Origin: Myxococcales bacterium
GTDB lineage: Bacteria > Myxococcota_A > Polyangia > Polyangiales > DASUME01
Length of the DNA stretch: 64,000 nt
Direction of reading: 5' to 3'
NCBI GenBank assembly: GCA_047601445.1
Contig: JASGJH010000001.1
Location: 7,168,001-7,232,000, forward strand
Shown: in pieces, positions 54,632 to 63,546 of the stretch
How the letters are laid out: each line of letters opens with the position of its first letter
How positions within the stretch are numbered: the first letter of the stretch is position 1
Position numbers and translations under genes: made by a program
Notes under the pieces: model-generated
The model's database searches: none
The model's input: the letters and a program-made list of their open reading frames with translations, nothing else
Told to the model about the DNA's origin: nothing

Positions 54632-55375
54632 CTACTCGTCGGTGTCGCCGTCGCAGTCGTTGTCGAGTCCACCCTGGGCCAGCTCGACCCCTGGGGATAC
54701 GTACTCGGCGTCGCACTGCAGGCTCGTTGGGCCCGTGCACTGATACACGCCCGTGCGCGCGCAGGCCCCGAGCAAATGATTCGAGCAGCTGGCACCAGGC
54801 TGATAGCCACCTTCGAACGCGCGACAGTCACCGCCACAGGCGTTGTGGACCCCGTCGTTGACCTCGCCGTTGCAATCGTTGTCGCACTCGTCGCAAATCT
54901 CGACGGCGCCCGGCTTGGAGGCGAGGCCGCAGCGGGGACTCTCATCGCAGTCACCGAAGCTCTCCACGTAGCCCGCGGGCAGCGCGTCGCCCACGCAGAT
55001 GTAGATGGCCCCCTCCTTGGTGCCGATTCCATCGCCGTCGACATCGCGATAGATCTGGGCCTTCAGACCGGCGCACTGCAGCGGCGCCGGCTCGGGCGAA
55101 AGATTGCTGCAGACCGGGTCACGCAGGGCCGGAGCTAGCGCGGGGTCGCAGTTGGGCGCGTGCACCTGGGCGTCGGAGCCGGAGTCGCCCGCGTCCGAGC
55201 CCGAGTCCACTGGGCTATCCGCGTCGCCATCTCCCGCGGTAGCACCCGAGTCATTGACGGTGAGCGGATTGCACTCGGCGCCGTGACACGTGGAGTCATC
55301 ACCGCAGCCGCCGACCGCCGCCCCCGCGAGACCGATGATCAGGGACAGGAAGCCGAAGTTGGCAAACGGGCGCAT
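54632..55375 (-). CDS. Lipoprotein with MopE-like Cys/Asp repeats
   Basis: Lipobox VGGC, YRDVDGDG.G, GDCD, PGAVEICD.CDNDCNG, ending in LDNDCDGDTDE. Confidence 0.8.
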   Translation of the reverse strand: MRPFANFGFLSLIIGLAGAAVGGCGDDSTCHGAECNPLTVNDSGATAGDGDADSPVDSGSDAGDSGSDAQVHAPNCDPALAPALRDPVCSNLSPEPAPLQCAGLKAQIYRDVDGDGIGTKEGAIYICVGDALPAGYVESFGDCDESPRCGLASKPGAVEICDECDNDCNGEVNDGVHNACGGDCRAFEGGYQPGASCSNHLLGACARTGVYQCTGPTSLQCDAEYVSPGVELAQGGLDNDCDGDTDE

Positions 55376-55561
55376 GGCAAAGGCTCCAGGCAAGGCAGTG
55401 GGGGGCGAGGACCTCGAGAGACAATCCGAGGGCAAACGCACACGCGGTGTGCGAGCCCCTACTTGGTCGATGCACTAGACGCTGGCAAGGCAGATCGCGC
55501 GGCGTAACCCCAGGTCAGAACCTTGCGTGCACGGAGCCACGGGGTTGCGCGCTGGAATTGT

Positions 55562-55952
55562 TCAGAACCCGCAGCGCGAATCCGCGGCCGGTACAGGTGC
55601 CTGCGGCAAGCGGACAGTCGCCGCTGTTGGGCGGCAAGCACGAAGTTGTGCAGCGGTACTGCGTGCGCGCGGCATTCCAAGGCAAAAAACCGTCGTCGTG
55701 ATCCGCGGCACCGCACGAAGCATCGTTCCCGAGCGCTGCCTTGTCCTGCTCCGCGTCTCCGAGCACGGTCTGCCGCTCGCACTGCTTGCCGAAATCATGG
55801 TGCGCCTGGCAGCTGGTCTGCGAGTACCCGCCGCACACGTGGCTGCCCTGCCCGTCGATGCTGTCCGGCTTGGCCGGGGCCGAAGCGAGGCTCGAAGAGT
55901 AGACACTACGGGCGCGGAGAGCGGTCAGCACTCGAGGGAAGAGTAGCATCAA
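55562..55952 (-). pseudogene. Degraded orphan C-terminal cassette homologous to the two upstream Cys-rich lipoproteins
   Basis: SIDG....VC....TSCQAH.DF...C...GN.ASCG....DDGF......RCTTSC.....DCP aligns with the paralog C-termini. There is no signal peptide, and the paralog-like ending (AADSRCGF-stop) lies in a shifted frame. Confidence 0.7.
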
Positions 55953-55991
55953 GGTATTCGTGCTCTTCCTAGTGATAGGCGGCCCGGAGCG

Positions 55992-57158
55992 CTATTTGGA
56001 GCAGACGCTTTGCGAGACGCCGTCGGCGTCCTTTACCGACTGACATGTTGGATCCGCACCACTGGTATCGGGACAATCCTTGTCGATGCCACAGGGAACC
56101 GTGCAAAGCCAGCCCTGCGCGGCTCCGGCGTTGACGCAATATCCATCATCGACGTCAGCGACGCCGCACTTGGCGTTGCTCCCGTGGGTGGCATCTGTCG
56201 CACAGGAAGTTCGGTAAAAGTCGCTGTGCGAGGAGCAGGTCGAAAGCTGGAGCAGACAGGCATCGACGCTGCTTCCTTCGATAGTCGTCGCGCTGGCCTT
56301 CTCCTTGATGAAGGGTCTCCCGCACTTGATGTCATTCGTGTACAGGGGCATGCAGTACCAGTTCGCCAGTAGCGTGTTTCCAAAATTCTCCGGCAAGCAC
56401 GCATGGCCCTCGGCGCATTCGTCATCGCTCACGCACGTGCATCGCGTCGCGTTCTCCGGGCACTTCCCGCACAAGGGTGCTGAACCCTCTTTCGCCCCGT
56501 CCATGCACGCGTGGGTAAGTGCGTTGCAAACGTCCTTGTTGTTGGCAGGGCCGTCGCAATCGTCGCGAGCCTCGCGGGTGCACTCGACGCAGTAGTTGCC
56601 TGGGCGTCCGTTGGCGCCGGCCGATAGGCACACGTGCTTGCCGTCGACGAAGCCGCACTCGTTGTCTCCAGCCGGATCGCAGGGCTCGCAGGTGTGAGCT
56701 TCGGAGCAGTGCGACGCCTCGGCCGTCTTGCAATCCGAGTCGGAGTTGCATTGCACGCAGATGTTGCTGCTGGTCTTGCAGACTTTGTTGGCCCCCGTGC
56801 ACGCATCGGAATGGTCCGCCGTGCACTCCACGCAGACGTTGTTGCCTTCGTCGCACACGCCCTTGGGGGCTGCGCAAGGTCCGCCGCACGGCGGTACGAC
56901 AGCACTATCCGAGCCGTCCGTCATGGACGCGTCGAGGTCGCCATCTCCATCCCCATCGCCATCCCCCGGCGTGGTGCTGTCCATGCTTGCGTCGCCGTGG
57001 TTCGCGTCGTTGGGCATGGCGTCGCCGTCGAGGGGGATGCAGAGTGACCCTACACGGCGGGCGCCAGTTGCACACGTCGCGTCGGCGCACGAGCAAAGCA
57101 CCAAGAGAGCCGTTGCCACGGCTCGGCTCAGCATTGGCGCTAGTGGGGAGGTATCCAT
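55992..57158 (-). CDS. Cys-rich lipoprotein (paralog B)
   Basis: Lipobox LCSC, Asp/Gly linker, and repeated VC......CVEC.....C modules. Start 57158 or 57134. Confidence 0.85.
   Translation of the reverse strand: MDTSPLAPMLSRAVATALLVLCSCADATCATGARRVGSLCIPLDGDAMPNDANHGDASMDSTTPGDGDGDGDGDLDASMTDGSDSAVVPPCGGPCAAPKGVCDEGNNVCVECTADHSDACTGANKVCKTSSNICVQCNSDSDCKTAEASHCSEAHTCEPCDPAGDNECGFVDGKHVCLSAGANGRPGNYCVECTREARDDCDGPANNKDVCNALTHACMDGAKEGSAPLCGKCPENATRCTCVSDDECAEGHACLPENFGNTLLANWYCMPLYTNDIKCGRPFIKEKASATTIEGSSVDACLLQLSTCSSHSDFYRTSCATDATHGSNAKCGVADVDDGYCVNAGAAQGWLCTVPCGIDKDCPDTSGADPTCQSVKDADGVSQSVCSK
56938..57028. repeat. Exact 91-bp direct repeat, copy 1
   Basis: Identical base-for-base to 58230..58320; encodes GDAMPNDANHGDASMDSTTPGDGDGDGDGD on the minus strand. 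Confidence 0.95.
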
Positions 57159-57187
57159 TGGTGGGCGATCGCTAGCGCCGAAACTCG

Positions 57188-58414
57188 CTAGAGCTTGCAC
57201 ACCCCAAACTCAAAGCTGTTGTCCGAGTAGCACCCGCTGGGTGCACTGCCCGAGCCGGCTGGGCAATCGGCTACGTCATTGCTGCATGGCACGGTGCAGC
57301 GGAAGTCGAGATCGCCGGCGAAGTAAACACAGTATCCATCGTTGAGATTTTCGACGCCACAGAGGTCTTTGTTTCCCCTCTTCTGCCCTAGATTGTCAGG
57401 GTCGTCCTCTGCGCATGAAGTGTTCTTGTAGTTCGCGTGAGCCTTGCAGGTAGTAATCTCTACGCTGAACGCGCAAACAGGGGTCTTGGGGCCATCGGCG
57501 GTTGCGACCGCATCTGTAACGCGCTTCCTTGGCCGAGCACACGGCTTCGAGCCATCGAATTTTTGCAGGCATACCTTGTGAGAAGGAACCGCTGGCTCCG
57601 CGACGCACACGTAGTCGTCACCGCATTCCGCGTTGCTGATGCATTCGGCGCAGGCTTGAGCCGACTTGGTCTTGCGTGTTGCGCTGCAGGAATGATTGGA
57701 CGGGTCGCAAACAAACTGCTGATCGCCAACCTTGCACTTAGCGAGAGCGGTGGGTGAACATGCCATGCACGTTCCACCGACACAGGCGGGAGTGTCCGCT
57801 AGATGCGAGCAGTCGCCATCAATCCCATCCGCGTTGGGCGCCACGTCGGCAGTGCATTTCGTGCATGTTCCGTTGTCGCAGACGCTCGCATCCGCCGGGC
57901 AATCGAGGTTCGACCTGCAGGCGAGACATGTGCCATTGACGCAATACGGGGCGGAGGCAACGAGCGCGCAGCCATCGTTCACCTCACTGGTGCAGGCAAC
58001 GCACTCGCCGAGCTTGGTGTCGCAGACGCTCTTCGCAGGGTTCCCAGAGCAATGACTTTGGTCGCTACAAGCGACACATTTGCCGGCAGCGCAAAGGACC
58101 TTGCCGTCGCTATGGGCGCTGCAGTCTGCGGGGCCTCCGCACTCGACACACTTGCCGTCGACACACACGAGGGAGTCTTGGCAGACCTTTTCAGCGCTGC
58201 AGTCCGGGCAGCCAATACACAGGCCTGAATCGCCATCTCCATCCCCATCGCCATCCCCCGGCGTGGTGCTGTCCATGCTTGCGTCGCCGTGGTTCGCGTC
58301 GTTGGGCATGGCGTCGCCGTGTTGGCCCGCGTCTGTGTAGCGGTGCTCGACGGGGATGCTCATGCAGGCACCCAGGAGTGCTGCGGACAGGCCAAGCCAG
58401 GTGGTGGTGCGCAT
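57188..58414 (-). CDS. Cys-rich lipoprotein (paralog A)
   Basis: Signal and lipobox MRTTTWLGLSAALLGAC, TAATG-coupled to the upstream gene, with repeated C..G.CV.C.....C modules. Confidence 0.87.
   Translation of the reverse strand: MRTTTWLGLSAALLGACMSIPVEHRYTDAGQHGDAMPNDANHGDASMDSTTPGDGDGDGDGDSGLCIGCPDCSAEKVCQDSLVCVDGKCVECGGPADCSAHSDGKVLCAAGKCVACSDQSHCSGNPAKSVCDTKLGECVACTSEVNDGCALVASAPYCVNGTCLACRSNLDCPADASVCDNGTCTKCTADVAPNADGIDGDCSHLADTPACVGGTCMACSPTALAKCKVGDQQFVCDPSNHSCSATRKTKSAQACAECISNAECGDDYVCVAEPAVPSHKVCLQKFDGSKPCARPRKRVTDAVATADGPKTPVCAFSVEITTCKAHANYKNTSCAEDDPDNLGQKRGNKDLCGVENLNDGYCVYFAGDLDFRCTVPCSNDVADCPAGSGSAPSGCYSDNSFEFGVCKL
58230..58320. repeat. Exact 91-bp direct repeat, copy 2
   Basis: Identical to 56938..57028. 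Confidence 0.95.
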
Positions 58415-59448
58415 TAGAAGCTCCCTCGGTACTGAAGCGAGGCTCCGGTCGGTGCTGTTCCGTGCTCGCGAATGATTCCGACGCCCATGAAGAGCCCGCC
58501 GCCGACCACGATGCCGGCGATGCCGAGGCCCAAAGATGCTTTGCTGTTGCCGTTCACGACGTTGCAGGTCTGCTCGCCGGGCGGGCCCTGAACGCAGTTG
58601 CCCTTTTCCGTGTAGTGGATGATGCCCGTGATCGTGTAGGCGAGGCCGAGCGCTGCGAGCGGGGCTCCAATGATGTAGTTCCACTTGCTGCGCTTGCGGG
58701 ACCAGAAGCTGTCGTCGCGCTGATTCGGCACTTCGGTGGCGATGGCACCGGAGTCGATGGCTTGAGGAGCTTTGTTCTCGATCTGCAGCTGCTCGTAGTG
58801 CGCAGGGTCGTCCGGAAGCGTGATGGTTCCGTCGTAGAGCAGGCTACCGGCCGGGCTCTCGACGACGATGCGGTGCAAGCCAGGCTCGGTCTTCTCCATA
58901 TAAGGCACCGCCTGGGGTACGCGGCCGTCCACGCGCACGCGGCTCCCATCGGGGCCGTCGACCTTGAGCCATGGACCCGGTCCGCGCGAGAGACGCTCGT
59001 AGGCGAGCTGGGCCGCGCGGATGGCCGCGGCGTGCACGCCCGCATCGCCGATATCCACGTTGCCGCTGTAGGCCGCGCCATCGGGCGTGACCAGGGCGCA
59101 GCTCAAGCTGGCAGGACCGTTACGGCGATCGGGCGCGAACAATCGCAGCACTACCGCGAAGTCCACGTCGAGTTTGATGGCGAAGGCTTGGGCGCAGCTC
59201 GCGTCGCCGCAGCTGCGAAATTCGGGGCCCGCACGCCGGATGGACTCGTCCGGAGGCGTGATGGGAATCGCGTCGGGGAATTGTGCGAAATAGGAGATGA
59301 CGGCTTGCTGCGCGGTCAGACTGTCTTGGTCGGACACGTTGGCTTCGGTGATCGGCTTGAGCAGTGCTCCCGCCTCGGCCCGAGCGCTGCCTACGAACAT
59401 CGCGAGTGCAATTACTGCGATGCCCATGCGGGCAAGACTTCTCACCAT
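58414..59448 (-). CDS. Exported PEGA-like protein with hydrophobic hairpin and C-terminal beta-strand signal
   Basis: Signal peptide (ARA), C.DA.CA module, L.VDGP.GS.V.VDG...PGLHRI.V, two Gly-rich hydrophobic segments, ending ASLQYRGSF. Confidence 0.8.
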   Translation of the reverse strand: MVRSLARMGIAVIALAMFVGSARAEAGALLKPITEANVSDQDSLTAQQAVISYFAQFPDAIPITPPDESIRRAGPEFRSCGDASCAQAFAIKLDVDFAVVLRLFAPDRRNGPASLSCALVTPDGAAYSGNVDIGDAGVHAAAIRAAQLAYERLSRGPGPWLKVDGPDGSRVRVDGRVPQAVPYMEKTEPGLHRIVVESPAGSLLYDGTITLPDDPAHYEQLQIENKAPQAIDSGAIATEVPNQRDDSFWSRKRSKWNYIIGAPLAALGLAYTITGIIHYTEKGNCVQGPPGEQTCNVVNGNSKASLGLGIAGIVVGGGLFMGVGIIREHGTAPTGASLQYRGSF

Positions 59449-61274
59449 GTACGGATCTCCTTGCGCACCACCAGCTGGATGCTCGTGCTGGTGGGGGCCA
59501 CGTAGGCTTGCGTGTTCGATTCGTTCTTCGTCAGTCCCCACTCGAGCAGATGAGCGATGGGGAAGGTCAGGAGCGGAGCCGCCGCTGCCAGAGCCAGGGC
59601 GCCTCGACCCAGTGTGTCGTGGTGCTTGATGCAACCGTCATCCAAGTAGAGCTCGCACTGACCGTTCTTGGTGAGGTCGACCGCACCCCAGGCCGCCAGG
59701 CCCACGCCGCCCGCGCCGATGGCGTAGCTCCACCAGGGCACGCCGTTCTTTACGTCGATGCGCATGAGCGGCACCGCGGCAGACATCAGCGCTCCGCCTG
59801 CCACCCCAATCCAACGCAAGTCGGCGGCCTTGCTGTAGTCGTCATTGAGCTTCTCCAGCTTGGCCTGGTCCTTACCGGGGGCGGAGGCCTCGTCCGAGAT
59901 GTCCACGTCGATGCGCTCGCGCTTCATCTCTTCGGCGATGCCCACTGCCATCAAGCCCACGCCCACGCCTGCCAGCACGCCCGAGACGATGCGCAGCTTG
60001 CGCGTCCGTGCCTTCGGATCGTCGGCCTTTTGGGCGTGCGGGCTCGGACCGACCGAGAGCTCGGCTTGCACGTGCTCTTCGACGCCCGCCGGCTGTTCGG
60101 CGGTCGCCACGTCGCCTTCGGAAACCGTGCCGGTCGCGGCTACGGCGGCAGGGGCGGTAGACGCAGGGTCCATGCGACCTTCGAACAAAGCGTCCAGTGC
60201 GGCCTCGAGTGCGGGGGACTCGTTGCCCTCGGCGCTGAGCCAGGCAAAGCGCGCGCGGCCCAGCACGCGCCCATCACTCGCCGACACACGCGTGAGATAG
60301 GCGTCGCCACCGTCCACGCTCACGAGGATGGCTTCGTCCGCGCGCACCGATTTGGCGAGCTGTCCACCGTGCGCGTCCACCAGCCGTTTGCGATCCTTGT
60401 CGGACTCGTAAATCAGGGCCAAGCGTGAGCCGCTGCGCAGGGCGCGGTCGTATTCGGCGTCGACCAGGAGATCCACGGCGTCGTCGCCGAGCTGCACGAT
60501 GTGCACGCGTCCCTGGGCTCGTCCGCACTCCACCTGCACGCGGTACTCACCAGCGGCAGCGCGGTCCAAGCGGAAGGGCGTGACGCCGAGGTGGCGGCCG
60601 TTCACATAGGTGGCGCAGCCGGAGTCGGGCTTGCTCTCCACCGTCAGGCGTCCGATGCGCATGCGGCGCAGTTGGTCGTCAGCTTCGGCCAGTACACCGA
60701 TGACGCTCGCCGGATGCAGCATTTCGCTCGGGGACACGTCGGGCACCAGGCGGCGGCAGCGCATGGCCTCGGCCAGGGCGTCGCGTCGCTCGTCGCGGGC
60801 CAGGGCGTTGCGCACCAGGGCCAGGCACGCATCGAGTACGTGGCGGGCCGTCTTGGTTTCGCGGTTGAGGTTCTCGAGAGCACGCTCGGCGCGGCTCAAC
60901 ACCTCCTGCACGCTGCGCTGGGCGGCCGCGCTGCGTCCGAAAGCCACGTGCTCCAGAGCGGCGTGAGCCTCGCGCGCGAGCACGTCGAGGTCGGAGTTGT
61001 CGGGGGAGGCCGGGGGCCGCGACTGCGCCTGGGCACGGTCGCGCGCTTCGTGCATGGAGACGATGCGAATGCGCCGGGCCGTGAGCCCTGACTCCAGCGA
61101 GTCAGCCGTCCGCTGCTCCGCCTCGGTGAGCTCGTGCACCGAGTGCGGGACCACCACCAGGCGGCCGAGGGCCTGCGCCTGTACCCGGGCATGGGGAGCC
61201 AGGAAGCCGAGCGCCACGAACGCACCGGTGAGCAGGACTACAAAAAGGGACCGTCGGGAGCGGAGATGGTTCAT
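59442..61274 (-). CDS. Exported helical plus PEGA-domain protein with hydrophobic C-terminal region
   Basis: Signal peptide, helical repeat region, GRLTVESKP..C..YVNGR..GVTP......GEYRV.V, and several Gly-rich hydrophobic segments. Overlaps the start of the next gene. Confidence 0.8.
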   Translation of the reverse strand: MNHLRSRRSLFVVLLTGAFVALGFLAPHARVQAQALGRLVVVPHSVHELTEAEQRTADSLESGLTARRIRIVSMHEARDRAQAQSRPPASPDNSDLDVLAREAHAALEHVAFGRSAAAQRSVQEVLSRAERALENLNRETKTARHVLDACLALVRNALARDERRDALAEAMRCRRLVPDVSPSEMLHPASVIGVLAEADDQLRRMRIGRLTVESKPDSGCATYVNGRHLGVTPFRLDRAAAGEYRVQVECGRAQGRVHIVQLGDDAVDLLVDAEYDRALRSGSRLALIYESDKDRKRLVDAHGGQLAKSVRADEAILVSVDGGDAYLTRVSASDGRVLGRARFAWLSAEGNESPALEAALDALFEGRMDPASTAPAAVAATGTVSEGDVATAEQPAGVEEHVQAELSVGPSPHAQKADDPKARTRKLRIVSGVLAGVGVGLMAVGIAEEMKRERIDVDISDEASAPGKDQAKLEKLNDDYSKAADLRWIGVAGGALMSAAVPLMRIDVKNGVPWWSYAIGAGGVGLAAWGAVDLTKNGQCELYLDDGCIKHHDTLGRGALALAAAAPLLTFPIAHLLEWGLTKNESNTQAYVAPTSTSIQLVVRKEIRTW

Positions 61275-61591
61275 AGGTCAGCCGGGCTATCGGCCGAATC
61301 TCTTTAGAGTTGCGTGGATTTTTCGCGCGAGAAGCGACTTATCAGTTTGGGGCACATTGCGCCAGGGGGACTCCCCAGGCGTTCACTGTAGGGGGTCGGA
61401 GGCTAGCCAGGAAAGGTTTGCGCCAATGTAGGTGTTCCGATAGTCCCGGCGAGCTTCGGGACGCAAGATTTGGGCGGGCTCCCCCTGCCTGGGTCGCGAG
61501 CAGCAGGCGGAGGCTGGACGCGGAGGCTGAAGTGGGGCCTGGCGAGGATCGCGCTAGGTCTGATGGGCTGCGTTCGCCCGTGGCAAGCGGC

Positions 61592-62062
61592 TCAAGGACC
61601 CATCGTCTTCAACACCTCGTGCCAGGCCCCCTGGCGCTCGAGGGCTTCACGGCGAGCTCGCAATAGGCGGCGCGCGTCGTCCACGAGCGGGGTCTTCGCT
61701 TGCATGAGCTGGTCAGCCAGAAGGTCGCCTTCAGACAGGCGGATCAGGTGCTGCTTGACCAGCCAGGCCACGAAGGCATGCAGGACCTCGTAGTGGGCGA
61801 GCACTAGGGCCGGGTTGGGGAAGTACGCCTGGTCGATCGAGAGTCGTCGAAAGATGGCGTGGATGGGTAAAGCCGCCCAGCTCGGTGCACCCGGGCGCAG
61901 CTCCCACAGCGCCGAGGCGCTCTCGAGCAACACCAGCTCGGCATGCGCATCCTGAGCCACCACGGGATGCCGCTCGAGAAAGCGCACGATGTCCGCGGAG
62001 GAACGCTCCGCCCAGGCGAGCTCACCGGGCTGATAGCTGCGCTGAGAGGAGAATTTCGTCAT
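61592..62062 (-). CDS. Hypothetical protein
   Basis: ATG-initiated ORF with protein-like helical composition; no motif recognised. Confidence 0.6.
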   Translation of the reverse strand: MTKFSSQRSYQPGELAWAERSSADIVRFLERHPVVAQDAHAELVLLESASALWELRPGAPSWAALPIHAIFRRLSIDQAYFPNPALVLAHYEVLHAFVAWLVKQHLIRLSEGDLLADQLMQAKTPLVDDARRLLRARREALERQGAWHEVLKTMGP

Positions 62063-62253
62063 GCATTAGGTATCGGACGAAGAAGCCACGAGTTGCGTGA
62101 AGAGATCGGAGGCGGAGGCTGTGGCGGGAGACGACTGCGGGAAACTCAGGCCGTTGCGGGAGGGCCCGAGGCAACCTCGGCCACGACCACGGTCTCCGCC
62201 ACGGCCACGGTCTCCGCCACGGCCCGAGCCACCGCGCCCGGCTCCCGTCCCCG

Positions 62254-63543
62254 TCAGTTCCGCGGCGGCCTGACTCGAACGCTGCGAATCACTCGCGGAT
62301 TCGCCTCCAGAATCTCGAGCACGCTGCCGTCTTCTGCCTTCAGCAGGGTGCCGGTTTCCGGGATTCTTCCGGCTAGCTCGAGGCACAGGCCTGCCAGCGT
62401 GGACCACTCTTCGCCTTCGGGCAGGTCCAGTCCATGGTCGCGGTTGAGTTCGCGGACCGGGGTGTCGGCGCGCACGATCATGCTGCCGCTCGCTTCCACG
62501 ACGATGCCCGCGGGGGGCGGCACGCTGTCGTCGTTGACCTCGCCCACCAGCTCTTCGAGGAGGTCTTCCAGGTCCACCAACCCCTTGGTGCCACCCGCTT
62601 CGTCGAGCACCACCGCGAGCGGCGCGCGCTCCTTCTGCATGCGCGAGAGCAACTTCACGGCCGGCAGCGCGGGCGGCACGTAGATCACGGGGCGCAGCAG
62701 CTTCTTGAGCGCGAGTGGCTTGCCGTCGAGGCACTGCCGCGCGAGTTCCTTCACCGCCACGTAGCCCGCGAGATTGTCGATGGTGCCTTCGTACAAGGGC
62801 AGACGATCCGGCAGTTCACGCGAGAGCACGTCGGAGACCTGGGAACGCGTGGCATTGAGGGGTAGGGCCGAGACCTGCGTGCGCGCCTTCATCACGTCTT
62901 CGGCGGTGAGGTCTCGCAAGTCGAGCGCGCGACTCGCGATGTCGGCCGTGCCGTCGTCGAGCTCACCGGAGCGAGCGGCTTCCTCCACCAATTCCTGGAG
63001 CTCGTCGGGGGAGAGGCGGGCCTCGGTGAAGCTCGTCTTGTCGCCGAACAGCTTGAGGATGAGGTTGGAGCTCGCGGTCAACAACCACACGATGGGCCGT
63101 GCCAGGCTCGACAGCCACAGCAGGGCAGGGCTCAAGGTGAGCGCCACGGGTTCCGGCGCGCGCAGCGCCAACGACTTGGGTACCAACTCGCCGATCACCA
63201 CGGACAGGAACGTGATGCTGAAGATGGTGGTGGCGAACGCGATGGGAGACGCCCAGGCACTCATGCCCGGGATGGAGCTCAAGAGCGCCGCGAAGCGCTC
63301 ACCCAGCGAATCCTCGCCGTACACCGCGGCCGCCGCGCCGACGGCGGTGATGCCCACCTGCACCGTGGCCAGGAAACGCTCGGTCTGCTCACGCAGGAGC
63401 TGCGCCGCGCGCGCGCCACGCCGCTTCTCTTCCACGAGCTGCGAGACGCGCGTCTTGCGCAGCGCGATGACGGCAATCTCGGTGGCGGAGAACAGACCGT
63501 TCAACACGATGAGGCTGAGCACGAGCAGGACGTCGGAGAACAA
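62254..63543 (-). CDS. TlyC/CNNM-family protein (DUF21, CBS pair, CorC domain)
   Basis: NGLFSATEIA, FLATVQVGIT, GELVPKSLA, VLDEAGGT.GLV.LEDLLEELVGE and TLAG......GRIP. Confidence 0.93.
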   Translation of the reverse strand: MFSDVLLVLSLIVLNGLFSATEIAVIALRKTRVSQLVEEKRRGARAAQLLREQTERFLATVQVGITAVGAAAAVYGEDSLGERFAALLSSIPGMSAWASPIAFATTIFSITFLSVVIGELVPKSLALRAPEPVALTLSPALLWLSSLARPIVWLLTASSNLILKLFGDKTSFTEARLSPDELQELVEEAARSGELDDGTADIASRALDLRDLTAEDVMKARTQVSALPLNATRSQVSDVLSRELPDRLPLYEGTIDNLAGYVAVKELARQCLDGKPLALKKLLRPVIYVPPALPAVKLLSRMQKERAPLAVVLDEAGGTKGLVDLEDLLEELVGEVNDDSVPPPAGIVVEASGSMIVRADTPVRELNRDHGLDLPEGEEWSTLAGLCLELAGRIPETGTLLKAEDGSVLEILEANPRVIRSVRVRPPRN

Positions 63544-63546
63544 GCA

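Noticed and set aside
56938..58320. 91-bp repeat as a DGR template/variable pair or IS ends
   Set aside because: The copies are identical with no adenine-specific mismatches, they are direct rather than inverted, and no reverse transcriptase or transposase lies in the window.
62066..62253. 18-bp tandem CCACGGTCTCCGCCACGG giving an RGG-like peptide
   Set aside because: There are only two copies in an intergenic gap, and the ORF containing them overlaps the TlyC gene out of frame.
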